64,000 nt of DNA. Origin: Tubulanus polymorphus (taxonomy: Eukaryota > Animalia > Nemertea). Positions 1 to 12,748 of this stretch are shown here, piece after piece. The notes under the pieces were generated by a model that was given only the letters and a program-made list of their open reading frames with translations, did not search any database and had not been told where the DNA came from. The position numbers were made by a program, and so were the translations under genes. The stretch lies in NCBI RefSeq assembly GCF_964204645.1, contig NC_134035.1, positions 10,014,451-10,078,450 on the forward strand, given 5' to 3'. The stretch's first letter is position 1. The number at the start of each line of letters is the position of its first letter.

Positions 1-295
1 TACGAAGAGTTTTTTACGTGTAAAGTAATAAGCGACTAAGGAAAAGCATGCGCAACTCGGAGTAGTATTTTCCTCCCGTAGATAAAGCGACGAACAGTAT
101 TTGATCTAGAAATCATGATTATACGGCAATTGGAATCAGATATGGATATTTAATTCATCAAAAAGATCTTCAAAATTTTCCTTGGCCTAAATTACGATAC
201 AACATTCGTATTCTAACGATACATTTTCCATATCTTCTTCTCAAAGTGCCGTTCGTGTTAGGTGCAAAGAGCCAACGGACAAATAAATGCCTTAC

Positions 296-2766
296 TTCTT
301 CGGTGGTGGGGTCGGTTCCCTCTGCTCGCTGTTTCGAATAAAACAAATGGTAAGCGTCTAGTTCACAAAATATGGTGAAAATCGATCGGATCCACACTCA
401 AAATAAGCAAACGAAATATAAGGCAAGAATATATTGCTGCTAACTATGTTTCAATTTAAAATATAAGATTAAATAGATATATCTCCTTCAAGTGCCAAAT
501 ATAATAGCTGACCAAAAACACAAATATAGTGAGTTTTTAGTACTAGAATAGAAGTTTATAGCTAGTGCTAGATGCCTAGACCGTCTACAAGCTTCGCTAC
601 TCTAATTTCCACGGAGCTCAGATTCTCTTTCGCTTAGTAATTATCTAAAATTTTAAACCAGATTTCGGGTGTTTTTTAATCGAGTTTAAGGTTGAAAATT
701 TGGAAAAAAAAACAATATAACCACACGCTGGGGAATGAAAAATAAATGTTTTCTGGAGCTGTGCACTGTGTTAAAAAGTGCGTACGCGAATGATCTTTGG
801 GGTTCCTTTTCTTACTACTATTATTTCGGTATGAAATTCAAGGGTCACCACACACACCACGCACACAATATTATTATTATGAACAGGATTGGAAAAAAAC
901 GATGTGCAAAAAAAAACACTCACGGTGTAGGATCCCGAACTGGCGAATCGTCCCTATACGCAGCGACGCGAAAGAAGTAAAGAAAGAAGAAGACAGAAGA
1001 AACGAGATAAGATTCAAGATAAGACACAAGGCAACGATATAAACTAAGACGCCATTACGTAATCGGCAGCCAATGCGAGAAACAAGAAGTCAAAATGTTG
1101 CATTTTTTGTCTTGAAATAAAAATGTTAAAGAAACTGCTACGAATTGGCCACCGATGAAAATGGCACCAGTGAATAGAGCGATAGATTGACAAAGGGATA
1201 GATAGCTAGATTTCAATATTTTTGAATAGCTTACAAGTAGAATAACAACAATATTGCAAGAAAGATTTTGTCAACACATGTGCACAATATCTAGGCAACT
1301 GATGCATTTTACTCATATCTATATTTATATTTTTACGAGGCAGTATAGCTCAGAACACATACTTTTAATGATATACAACAAACCTTTTGCTGTTTATAAT
1401 AAAAAAAAGCACAAAAAGACACAGTTTTCGTTTCAGAATATAAAAGTTACAGGTATCACACAGCATTGCGTTGTAATGCGTGTTTTCAACAAATCCGGAT
1501 TCGAACCCACTACGCTTGACTGACGTAACGTGTCTAGATTCGAATCGCGGACTTGTAAGGACAGATATAGGTAAATATTTCTTTTATAGAAATACATTTC
1601 CATAAAGTTCAAAGCGAGCGGCGTTCGTTTACAAAGCTCACAGCAAAGATCACTCACATATATGACACATAAGACATGCATTTATCGTGAGATAGAAAAT
1701 AATATGTGACGTAATATTGATATGGGATGAGTTGTGATTTGCTGTTTGGGTTTCTTTAGATTTACAGAAGTAAATTCGTAGTGCGGGTTGTTTAATGTGT
1801 TTGGGGGTGTTTCATATGTGATAAATAGATTATCAAATTGAGCGAACACTCATTTGACGTTTTACATTGTGCTGGGTTTGCATCTAAAATTATGCATTGA
1901 ATTATTGGAAATCTATGTTTAAGAAGGTATTAGTAACAGAGGTTGAGGTGATTTTAATCGTGAGGTTTTTACGAGGTAAGAAATATACATAAATTTTAAT
2001 CAGGTTTTTAAAAGTTAACATCATTTCATCACAAATTATTACATCTAATTATCAATACATTTCGATATAATTCGGTAAAACAAACTTTATCTTCTCAGAG
2101 GTTATATGAAAATCACAAAAACTGGAAAAAACCTACAGTTTTATTATTTCAAAAACTTCAAAAGCGATCTTTAAAAAGCGGCATATTTTAATCAAGCGAC
2201 AACAAAAGCGCACTCTGATAGGAATACGTACCGCACTGGGGTTGAGGCTCTCTCCTCCTCTGGTTCAGGGCTATATATATATACACATTATATACAGTTC
2301 ATGAAATTGAATTTAGCATTTTAATTGAAAAAAAGCCGAAAAATATCTCACTGCTTTCCCGAGATCGCGATCAACATATTTCAAAGCATAGCGTGGCGTA
2401 TAGCGGAGAACAAGATAGAATTCTGCGCCAATACAAGAAAATAACTGCCAGAAAAGTTGAATAAGGATGATAATGAGAGGCGTTTTAATGGAAGTTCCAG
2501 AAAGAAAAAGCCCCGTTTGTCATCCATATTGATAAGACGAAGTTATATATGTATATACAACTAGATCGTTGCTGCATAAAATAGGGTTTTAAATGATAGG
2601 AAAAAATGATGATGATGATATAAAATCAGAATTCGTTCATCACGGACAGAAATTGAAAATGAACGTAGAATAGAATGAGAATGAGAATGAGAATGAGAAT
2701 AAATGAGAAAACGTTAGATAAAGGTTAGGTAGAATGTTACCTGAAAGTTTGTTCGTCGTCAGACAT
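296..2766 (-). CDS. 5' part of an unidentified gene (continues beyond the left edge): ATG exon plus three symmetric phase-2 microexons
   Basis: Exons 2786-2741 (tttcag|...ATG TCT GAC GAC GAA CAA ACT TTC AG|gtaaca; ATG at 2766), 2270-2232 (39 nt, atag|...|gtacgt), 953-924 (30 nt, long polypyrimidine tract, atag|...|gtgagt) and 328-296 (33 nt, acag|...|gtaagg). Joined: MSDDEQTFSPEPEEERASTPVRDDSPVRDPTPEQREPTPPPK. Resembles the acidic/Pro-rich troponin T N-terminus, but identity is not established. Confidence 0.7.
2666..2709 (+). repeat. (GAGAAT)n/(TAGAA)n microsatellite
   Basis: tagaatagaatgagaatgagaatgagaatgagaat read directly. Confidence 0.8.
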
Positions 2767-3244
2767 GATGATGATTGACTAAATATCTGAAATAAACAGA
2801 AATCGTAGGAATAGAAATAATGACGAGGTAAACAAAAATGTGGTGTGGAACGGTTTGCGGTATCTCTGTATAGGGGTTGGGTTTCACAAACAAACGGTTG
2901 GTATACGTTGGTCGGGCTCCAACGGACACGAATAAGCCATTCTAGCGACTGAGTATGAATTTTTGGTATACGGCTTTTTGATAGGGTAGTCCATCAGTTG
3001 CCGTGTGAATGGATTAACTTGAAATAAAATGAAAAAACTTTTTGTAATAGGTATTATCTTAGCTATAAGATAGTCAGTTGAGATTGCGTGAATGTGGTTT
3101 GGTATGAAGGGAGAAAGAGGTATGTAAAATCTACGTCGATACAACGCCGCGTGTTGTTACGAAGGATATTGTTCTAAACGCGGTAAAGTGTCTATTTTTG
3201 AGTTAACGGCAATGATGTTATATTCGCGCTGTTCGATACCATAG

Positions 3245-3525
3245 AGAAAATACGATTCAGACAGCGAATGTAAAACCAAAGCTATCTGAGAAAAAGAGAG
3301 TATCAGCAGTACTTTTAGAAATTGAGATTTTCCAACATAAATCGCACATCTTGATATCTGAAATACTATTTTAAGAACGCTTTATTTTTTTTTTTAGAGA
3401 AAATACTATTCAGACTGCGAATTTTTAAAACCTGAGATATCCGAGAAAAAGAAAGTACCAGCAGTACTCCTAGAAATGTAAACTTTTTAAACATGAATTG
3501 CACATCTTGATATCGGAAGTACTTC
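3245..3525 (+). repeat. Diverged ~150-bp tandem duplication
   Basis: The block gagaaaatac.attcagac.gcgaat...gagaaaaaga.agta.cagcagtact..tagaaat...gcacatcttgatatc.gaa occurs at ~3245-3370 and ~3397-3525. Confidence 0.7.
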
Positions 3526-4374
3526 TAAATTTTTTGGGAGAAAATGTTTCAAGCTTCTTATTTATTCAGATGAATCAACGACAGCCTTAGTTCATGGGGG
3601 TCGTAGAAAAACATTTCACTCTTCAAATCAAGAAGTGATTTTGATCTTAAAACGTCGTCCGACAACCGATTTCAAATAGTATTTTCACTGATATGTATAT
3701 GACTGCCCTTCTGCGCCCATCCGTAACTGGTACCGCGGTTATGACCGCACCCGTGGATGCGAGTTATTTAGGTTCTACATTCCTAATTGATGTTACGTTT
3801 GCACACATATACATATACACGAAGCATACGTTTGCGCATAGAACGGGTTAGTTAAGTACCGGGTAGGTATAATATCCATAGAGTTTCTGAAGAAAAGGTG
3901 TTCATCATCCAGTGAGAGTTATATATAAACACCTGGAAAGATTTACAGTTGTGGAATGTTACCGAGAGCTGAATAGCTGTTGTCTATCTCACCACCGGTA
4001 TCTTCTCATACCCAGGCGCTATATGCGATTCACCGCGTCTGACATTTCGAAAATTATCTCATACATTATTTTCAGAAGCTGGGATTGCTTCGGATTCTAT
4101 CGGGGTTATCCGATAGTGATGATAACAATAACCTTCCCTTCAACCAGTGGTTCGCGAAGGAAGGAAGACTCGCCTGGCTATTACATTGAAACATTTTTCG
4201 GTTTGAGAGTTATTGCTAATAGATAATGAAAAAGGGTTCTGACAAAACTTTACTTAAAAGCGGCTTTGAATTTAGGATAAGAGAAACTTGGTTTCCATGT
4301 AGACAAGATATTGAGTGACTCATATTAATGAAGTAAAATCCCACACAATATAATGAAAAACTAGATGAGAGTTT

Positions 4375-4460
4375 GACGTTTCGTTCCAATTCTGTGGGCC
4401 ATTTAAAAAAAAACAGTCCGATGTTTCTGAAAATTACCCATAGAATTGGACCGAAACGTC
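4375..4460. repeat. Hairpin resembling a Penelope-like element remnant
   Basis: gacgtttcgttccaattctgtggg...cccatagaattggaccgaaacgtc inverted repeat with a degenerate CTGAAAA...GAAAC hammerhead-like core. Confidence 0.45.
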
Positions 4461-5869
4461 GGAAATTATCATTGTTTTTACTTTCAAGAGAACTTATTTT
4501 ACATTTCAAAATTACATTTCGTGTATGATAGAAAAATTCGCAGGGTTTTCGTATGAATTGTTTTTACGATATATATACATCGAGAAATCCAGGAGACCCG
4601 GAAAAGTCAAACAGTGACTTATGAGAATACGAGCCCCCCCACCCTTACAGAGTCACTCGTAACCATTTTGAGAAAAGCCTTTTTATGAATATCTTATAAA
4701 CATTTTAAGATGTATCTGTTGTATCTGAAAGATACAGTGTGGTAAAAACATGGCGATAATAAGTATCGTTAAAATATATGACTAGTCACTTTCTTTTCGC
4801 ATTAAATCATTTGAAGTGAATGTAAGAAAATCTTTGATATGGTTTAAGATGTAACAGATAATACCCGCATATATCTATCAGCGAAGATAAAAGTAATGTT
4901 ACCGTATAACTAATACACGCTAAGCGCTATATACTAAGAGTTATAAATACCTAATGATCTCTGATGTAACGGGATACGCGCTTATACTCTCTGAGCTGGC
5001 TCTACATCGAAATGTTTACCTCATTTCTTTAGCCGAGGTTAAAACCGACAACTTACATCGGTAACTTTCGAATTTAGAAAATAAAAATCTTTAAATCGTG
5101 TGTGTGTGTCATGCAGTCGGATAATTATAAAGTTATGATTTACTATTTCAAAAATACTCCGCCCTGGTTAAACTATGTAAATTCCTGAAAGCAGCTTTTG
5201 ATCCTCGATAAAGTATCCTCCCAAATTTGTAAATCATTGTTATTGCTGCTTTTATGTATCGCCATGATTGTATTACATAAGTATATTTGTATTTAAACAA
5301 ACTTACAATAAAAAAACAAATGGATGAATGAAGTCTATTTTTGTAGTGTGATGTAATACTGCGAAATTCGATTTGCATTTAAATTGTAAAAATGAATATA
5401 GATAGATTTAATGCGAATGAATAACTTAAAACCATCTCTGAGAAAGCATCCGAAACAAGGACATAGCTACAATCAGATAAGGTCATCGGTTGATAATAAG
5501 GACCAATGTTATCAAGGTGTCTTCACGGTATAAACCCATATGGGTTTCGACAACTTGTTAGTTAGTACAAAAGAAAATCCAGTAAATCTAAAACTTTTGT
5601 TAAAACTTGTGCATACGAAAGCGTTGATAAAACTTTGGAAGTTAAGAATTAGGAGAATGAACAATATTCCAAACCAAAGCTAATCTATGTGGTAATTTCA
5701 CAAAACGTAATGAACAGGTGGCGCGGCATTATCTTCTAGGGTGGGACCTTCTAGAATTTAGAAGTAACTTATCAAGCAACGAAATTCAAAATTTACTTTC
5801 AAATGATGAACAGGTTTAACATTGAGAAATTAAAATTACTCTAAAACGTCGAAATTAAGAAAAAATTAC

Positions 5870-5991
5870 CTGAATTAATCCACAAAACTCTGATCGCTGG
5901 CACCGAAGGCAAGGAGGAATGTCAAACCGCTAGGGACGACGGGAATGATATCAAATCCAAGCAACTTCCGGTGTTCTCGGCCGCTGATTGG
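5870..5991 (-). promoter_or_regulatory. Probable promoter and non-coding exon 1 of the microexon gene
   Basis: Minus strand: CCAAT (5991-5987), ETS site CCGGAAGT (5971-5964), Inr-like TCATTC (A at 5946), then donor CAG|GTAATT at 5870/5869; locally CpG-rich. Confidence 0.55.
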
Positions 5992-7033
5992 TTCGTCTCG
6001 CGCAGGGGAAGTTCACGATTTGAACTCTTCCGTATCGAAAAATCTAATAGAAAGTTCTAAATCGCTCGAAAATTACGCTTCAAATCTTCGGAATATAGGT
6101 TTCATAAGCTTTATTCGACCAAAGCGCTGTTGAGAATGCGATGTAGCCGGTTTGAAGCTGCCGGATAGATTCGTACGTTCGTGATTTGCTTTCACCCCCG
6201 CCTAGAAAACTTCGCTAGCATGATATTCTAATTCTGGATTCAGCCTCCTCGCAGTTTAACGTTCACCAGTAGTTGCCCGACTTGCAACCATTTATAGCAT
6301 CTATGAAACGCGAACCTCTAGGTATATTTATGTCGTGCATGATTGAATGTTGAGGTAGGTTACTGGCGCGGCTGAACGAATGCAACGATAAGTCAGTGTT
6401 TGTATTTCGCTTCTAGATAGAGATAGAGGATGTGGACCGGTGAACAGATAGAAAATATTGCTATTCTGTGTATCCAAGATACATCCACGTATACCCTCTT
6501 AATCTTGTATACCTCGTGTATATCTAGGTAGGTGAGGTGCAAATCGGGTACTGGCAGTGGAAAAATAATACATATACTTATACATATCTTTTTTATCCGC
6601 TGCGTTACAGATTAACCAAACGATTGATCCTTCTCAGATACAGATAAATGGACCTATGGAGTGCAGTTTACCTCCAGGTGAACAGTTATTTTTGCGATTT
6701 TAACTCCACAGTGTTGTCAAACAACGTAACAATCTCCACAATTTCCTCTGTGTTTTCCATAATTCTATCACAGTCTTTTATTTACTCGAATAGATGATCA
6801 AATATTTTCTACTTCAAAACCACAAAATATTGATAGTGGTTCGTGTGTTATCGAAAATCATAGAATCTTTGACAACTTGATTATTATTTCCCTTTAGTTT
6901 CCCATATATTATTTCTAACCAATTCGATGATACTACTATTTGTTAAATCAACAAAGTAAATATACAGATAACATGAACTTGGATATATCATTAATTGAAA
7001 TGTCTTCTACGTAATATCTTGATATGTTTAACA

Positions 7034-7039
7034 TTTATT
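7034..7039 (-). terminator. Poly(A) signal of the Kunitz-VWD gene
   Basis: AATAAA on the minus strand ~135 nt after the stop, followed by T/GT-rich sequence. Confidence 0.5.
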
Positions 7040-7172
7040 TGTCAGAAAAATATATATCCTTAAACACGAATTTTTCGTTTATTCTATCATACAATGTTCT
7101 CACGAAATGTGATGTAGCACAGTACATTAGGTTTTTTCGAAAACTCTATCTCATAGGGCGAGTAAACGATCT

Positions 7173-10100
7173 TTAGATTTCCAAGCCTTTGCAGACGCAG
7201 TACCAGCAACGATTCTTCTTATTTCTCTTCCAAAGTCGGCCGCTAGGACATCGCTTGTAACATTGGGGACGCGGGCAGACTGCAAGGCGAAATAGATAAC
7301 TATCAGTGTATTACCAGGACAACGACTTGCAAAGCCGGTGCTTATATTACCCCGAGTAAACTATAGAAAATACCGACTGGTTTATAACAACAACAGCACA
7401 AACAATAATCACGTAGGAGGTGTTTAGAGAAAAAGGTTGAAAAGGTCGAACAGGGCATGGACCCCGAACATCATATCTGCATATTTTTCATGGAGCTTCT
7501 TTCTACAGATATGCGTCAGAGTATATTACATTATTTCGTTATACAAACGAGACACGTACGTCGGTTACAACTGCATGTTTTACAGCCCTTGCTATCCCTG
7601 TAGTAGCCGAATATACAACGCTTCTCACATTTCACTGGTGGACATTCTATCATGAAAAAAGGCATGATAAATAAATAGAGCAAGAGTTATGATGGCGATT
7701 CATTTAGTGTCTGTAGTTATAGTAAGGTACGTACTGTTGCAGATGCAGACAATGCAACCACATGCCTTTCTGTAACCGTATTTACATTTCTTCGTGCAAT
7801 GCAACGGAGGACATTCTGAAAACGCACAATGCATATATATTACACTTTCACGAGAGCACTGATGATAATTTATAGCATATAATGTTGTATAAGAATATTC
7901 TCCGTAAATTTATTCGTGGATTATTATTATTGTGGACTGGCTTGTTTGCACCCAAAGCTGTGATAGTTGAAGATGTTTCAGGCATATTGAGGATGTAATC
8001 ATAAACAAACATTTTTATCGTTGTGTTTCTCGTATGTTTTTACCTCTTCTGCACATGATACCGTTGCCTTTGTACGGCCAGTTACACACGCACACCCTCT
8101 TTCCGGAACGTACGGCGCAATGTGCCGCCTCGTCGCACGAGATCGCATTCGAAACGATCTTGAATCGTCCGTTCTTTCTGACGCATTTCCGTAGACTTTT
8201 ACATCCCGGACCAAGCCATCTGTGACCTTGCTACAATTCGATGAAACATAAACGGTTCTCAACATGTCAGAACCGTATTGAAAACGACGAAGGTTTTTGT
8301 ATAATTTTAGGGCATGTTTGCAATATGTATTTTCTCTCGCGATTCATTGCGTAGTTTTACCGCGTGATGTATTTGTATATTTGTATAGGCGTTGATAACT
8401 ATCAACTTATCAATATCTGCTTATGTAAACCGCACTAATTCTTTTAATTATAGTAATTTTTATTCTATCTTTATTCTCTGAGCAATTGTATTTTTTTCGA
8501 GCAATAAATTTCTATTCTATTCTACAAGTTCTAAACGCTCTTACTCTGTAGTAATCGCCGTCCTCGTCGACGCAGCCGCACTTACTCGCTCTGACACATC
8601 TGTTCGGTCCGTCCAGGTAATACCCTTCTTTACAAACGCACGCCTCCATCGTCGGTTTCTCGCAGTTTTCCGAAGCTCGCTTGTCCGTACAAGTGTTCGG
8701 GCATCCACTGGCGAGTGGGTTAAACCACATGTTGCGTTTGCAACGTTGCACTGAAATGAACAGAAATGCCGGGATCTTGATTTTCTTGTTTTGATAGGAT
8801 ATTTATTTCTCCTTGATCCAATGAATCTTTTACAAAAAAGATTTTTACATAATCTCGGAGGGGACTGCAAATGGGATTTAAGACTGTAATCTATGGGACA
8901 TAGACATCTGAAGCCAGTTGCAAAGTCACGCCTTAGACTTAGGACCAGTCCAAAACCGACCTAGTTCTAAAGCCAGTCTTAAGATTAAAGACCAATTTTG
9001 GACTTAAGTCACTACTGTGCGACCAGCTTATAGTTGAATATTCTATTTCATCTATTCATTTGGCTTTCAGAAATTTGTAGAAATAAAACGCCAATTCTTG
9101 TCAATAATAGTTTTGTCTCTCAACGTACTTACTACAGAAATTTTTGCTGCGCCATTGATGCGAAATGTAATGCGCAGCTGCGCAAGCCTCGGCGAAGTTT
9201 CCCAACGCCCGACAGATGGCGCCTTTCGGGTACTTGTATCCCCGCGCGGCTGCGCACACGTCGTAACCACACATCCTGTAGTAGGTTTTGTGATCAACCT
9301 CCCCGCTTAGGATACACTCTCTAAAAGGTCCGTTGATGTCGATGATTTTACCGCAATAGTATTTGGTTTTGATCAGCCTGTGCACGTGTTTCTTACACTT
9401 CGGGTCGAAGAACGTGTATTTACATCTGCAAGAGTTGATAACAAGTTTATGCCGAAACTTCAACATTTCCGAAATTGGGGTCGATGTACCTTTGGCCATA
9501 GTGCCCTTTTTGTGAAATTTCTACTTCGCGTAGACACTAACATCTAGCCACAGAATATTTTCCAGTCATTTTTTTCATTTTAAAAACCCGACGGCAGTGT
9601 GTGGAAGAAAGAGTCTAACGGATTTGGCCCCTTTAGAGAGAAATTCGACCCTTTGAATTCCTGGGGACGACCATACAACCAAGCTCAGCTTTCTATTTAT
9701 TCGTTTACCCCGCGGCCAAAAACGATAACAATCCTGGTGACGCCGATGCAATCAAGACTGGCACTCTATACATATCTTTAACCGCAACGCCCCAAAAACA
9801 CTTTTTTTAGAATTACCGTTCCTCAGGTTTATCCGAATCGTCCGGAACCAGGTAACTGTCTCCGACTAACGCCACCTTGCGGCGTCGATGAGCAACGTTA
9901 AAACCTTCGCGCACGTTCCAGTCGTTTGCTTTCTTCTCGTCGCAATTGCCGCACAGGCCGAACACTTTTGATCCCCAGGTTACTCTGTCCAGAGAAATCT
10001 ACAATGACACTTATTGAATTAAGAACTGCGGAGATCTTTCAAACCCGTAGGTCTAGAGGACCGCTAATAGCAACATTGATCTTTAAGTAGAAAATTATCC

Positions 10101-12748
10101 CTCTTAATCATTTGATTGATTGATTTGATTTCTAAATCATCGGTTGTGTCCCCTACAAACCGTCCACACACCTACCGGATATGAAAAGTGGGTGCTTTTA
10201 CAACTTCAACCAAAATTTATTCAGAAATCGATTAAAAGGATTATCGTTTATCTTACAGAATCTGAAGAGTACATTTTGTACATTTTGTACATTTTGTAAT
10301 ATCCCTAACACCAGCTTGCTTTTACGAGTATACAAGCTGCCACTGTCCACAATGTCATTAGATCAACAAATGACGTCACTTTTCTAAATAATGTTCATTA
10401 TACGATCTCGAAAATACAGAAGCCGCCATGTACTAATGACCGAGAGTATTAATATCGCATAGTTAAGGAGTGTTAGAAATATATACGTTACCGGGTCACG
10501 GATTATTGTCCTTTTTTATTAGGATTTTAGTTGTTGTAGTCATTTCATCCTTATAACCGACGTTTTTACAAATTGATTCTAACAAAACTCGTTATTCCGC
10601 CCGGATTAAACAGCGCGATCTTTTACTTACTTTCATCGTACTTTCCATATCGAACAGGATCGAAAATCCGCACATCTCAGCTCTGGCCTCCAACCACTTC
10701 CCGAAACAGGCGATTCTTAAGCCCGGTATGCTGGTGACGGGAATATCCCTGTTCACGCCGTCGATCTTGCAAAATATATAAGGATGGAAATTAATTGAGA
10801 AGAGAAGTTGTGACGTAAAGGAATGAGCATGGAACTCTTTGAATTTTACTCCTAAAACGGGCCTGGGAACCTGGGAGATATCATATTGACAAATTTATCC
10901 TTTCCATGATTTTCGCTTAGATTTTCTAGTTGTTAGATATTTTCGAGCTATGAAAATCAATATCTCAAGATGTTTTTTCAGCTATAAACGATTCTCAGAA
11001 AGAATAAACAAGATTATCAAACTCCTAGAATTCTTCCGTACAGTTTTTGTACTCTAATCAGAGTATCAGATATTGAAACCAAATTAGATCTGACCTCGTA
11101 TCAAAACCTTGAGCCTTCGACCCTTGGCTTTACCGACTTGGTTTAGGTTCACTTGTAGTTTATATGGCACCGCCCCCCCCCCTTGGAGGGCCCTGAATGC
11201 GGGTCTGATCTTCAGCAGATTTTTGTATCCGCTAAAACTATTAGCGCGCTGTATCATAACTCAATGTACTTTTCTATATAATAAACTAATAATGCTTCAA
11301 TCGCTGCAACTCACTTTCAGCTCGTCTTTTGGACCCATCCGTATTTTGTGACCCTTGAACTTCAGGTCGACCAGTCTAGCGTACGTCAATTTGCCACTGC
11401 CTTTTATCGGATACTTCTTCACTTCGACGTCGAAAGCGCATTGCCCCCTCCTGTCTATGCTTCTGGTCACCGTGTATTTGCATTTCCCCTGATGATCCAT
11501 TTTCAGCCCGTCGTACGTCAAATAGTGCGACGACGCCACGCAAACGCACGGAGGCAAATTCAGAAACTCTGCCAAAAGAATGTTATACAGGGCAATTGCT
11601 GATTAAAGGACATTTAAGACATCAAACGTCGAAGTTTTCCACTTCAACACAACAAAAGCCTCGTTTTTTCACTGCGAGATAGGTATTGACCCTGCTATCA
11701 ATTTAATTGGCAGATTTCGTTTGATTTGTTTTGTTTGGTCTCCATTACAAACCAACGCCACACCCGATGGAAGCGAAACAGGGGTTTGATTTTGAAGTCA
11801 GAATTCGAAGTACAAATATAGTAGTGTGATCGGTGGTCGAATTTACAGAATTTTTTGTTTAAATCGAAAATCTCGGTTCCGGTTCACTCAAACATACAAC
11901 AGTATCGTTTTAACAAATTTGTGCAACCGAAAAAAGTACCGAACATTGCTATCAAGTAAAACGAATTCATACAAAAAGGTCTCAGTAGGTATAGTTAGCT
12001 TACCGACGCACGTTTTTCTGCATTCCTTTTTGGTCTTGAAGTTGTTTGAATTTCCTTTGCAGCCTCCGTACTTAAAAGGCTTACAGTCGCCCTTTTCGTC
12101 GTCGAAATACCAGCGTCGTTTGTTTTTGCTGCACGGGCCACGTTTCTTTAGTTCCAAACACTGGTGCATCGCTCCTCCTAGAAAATGAAAAACACTTCTT
12201 TGAGTGTATTGTTGAATAGGAACTGATCTTAATCAATTGACAAAAAATGGAAAATTAACTAATGCTTGATAATTACTGTTTTTACAGAAAATGAAATAAT
12301 CGAAAAGATTACCTACAAAAATTAATAGATTCCTTTTCTTTTCTTAGAATTTGTGACCGCATTAAAATGTGATTGAAATCCCTGTTAGAATTCTATATAT
12401 CGTAAGACATTTTTCTAGATATTTGTTTTCATTCTATACTTATTAAAATATCTCAGGTCTTAGGTTTAGTTTGCCGTCCTCGGATTCAGTATATACGTAT
12501 CTCAGGGGCGTTGCGTCATTATCACGTTTCTCATAAAACATACCTTCCATTCCTATGTCGGAATCCCAGTCGCCTCCACCATCCGTCGTCCATCCTCCAT
12601 TATCATTGGGATCAATGGTCCACCCGCCGTCATTACTATAATCACCACCTCCTAAATCACCCATGTTATCATCGAAACCGGCTACAATCGCAACCAGATA
12701 AAACGTCGCACAAATAAGGGCCACGCGGACCCGATTTGACGACGACAT
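7173..12748 (-). CDS. Secreted zonadhesin/IgGFc-binding-like multidomain protein (SP, acidic segment, Kunitz, VWD, C8, TIL, TILa/EGF, 2x antistasin), 607 aa
   Basis: Ten GT-AG exons in consistent phase: 12748-12544, 12177-12004 (Kunitz; GPC..WYFD..C..F.YGGC.GN.NNF....C...C), 11568-11315, 10765-10631, 9998-9817 (VWD; HYLTYDG...GLCGNCD), 9425-9133 (C8; GPFREC...WR...FC), 8750-8545 (TIL), 8230-8044 (TILa/EGF; CVCNWPYKGNGIMC), 7815-7735 and 7279-7173 (antistasin-like). 1824 nt, TAA at 7175-7173. Confidence 0.88.
8912..9028. mobile_element. MITE family A (PIF/Harbinger-like), internally deleted copy
   Basis: Ends gccagttgcaaagtcacg / agtcactactgtgcgaccagc; internal ttaagacc/cttagact repeats shared with copies at 15979, 16066, 20850, 24815, 26265 and 63642. 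Confidence 0.75.

Noticed and set aside
725-727. Possible 3-nt microexon (ttccccag|CGT|gtggtt, minus strand)
   Set aside because: Good acceptor but weak donor; unsupportable without reads.
2352-2422. Possible 71-nt exon in the microexon gene
   Set aside because: Not a multiple of 3, so it would shift the frame.
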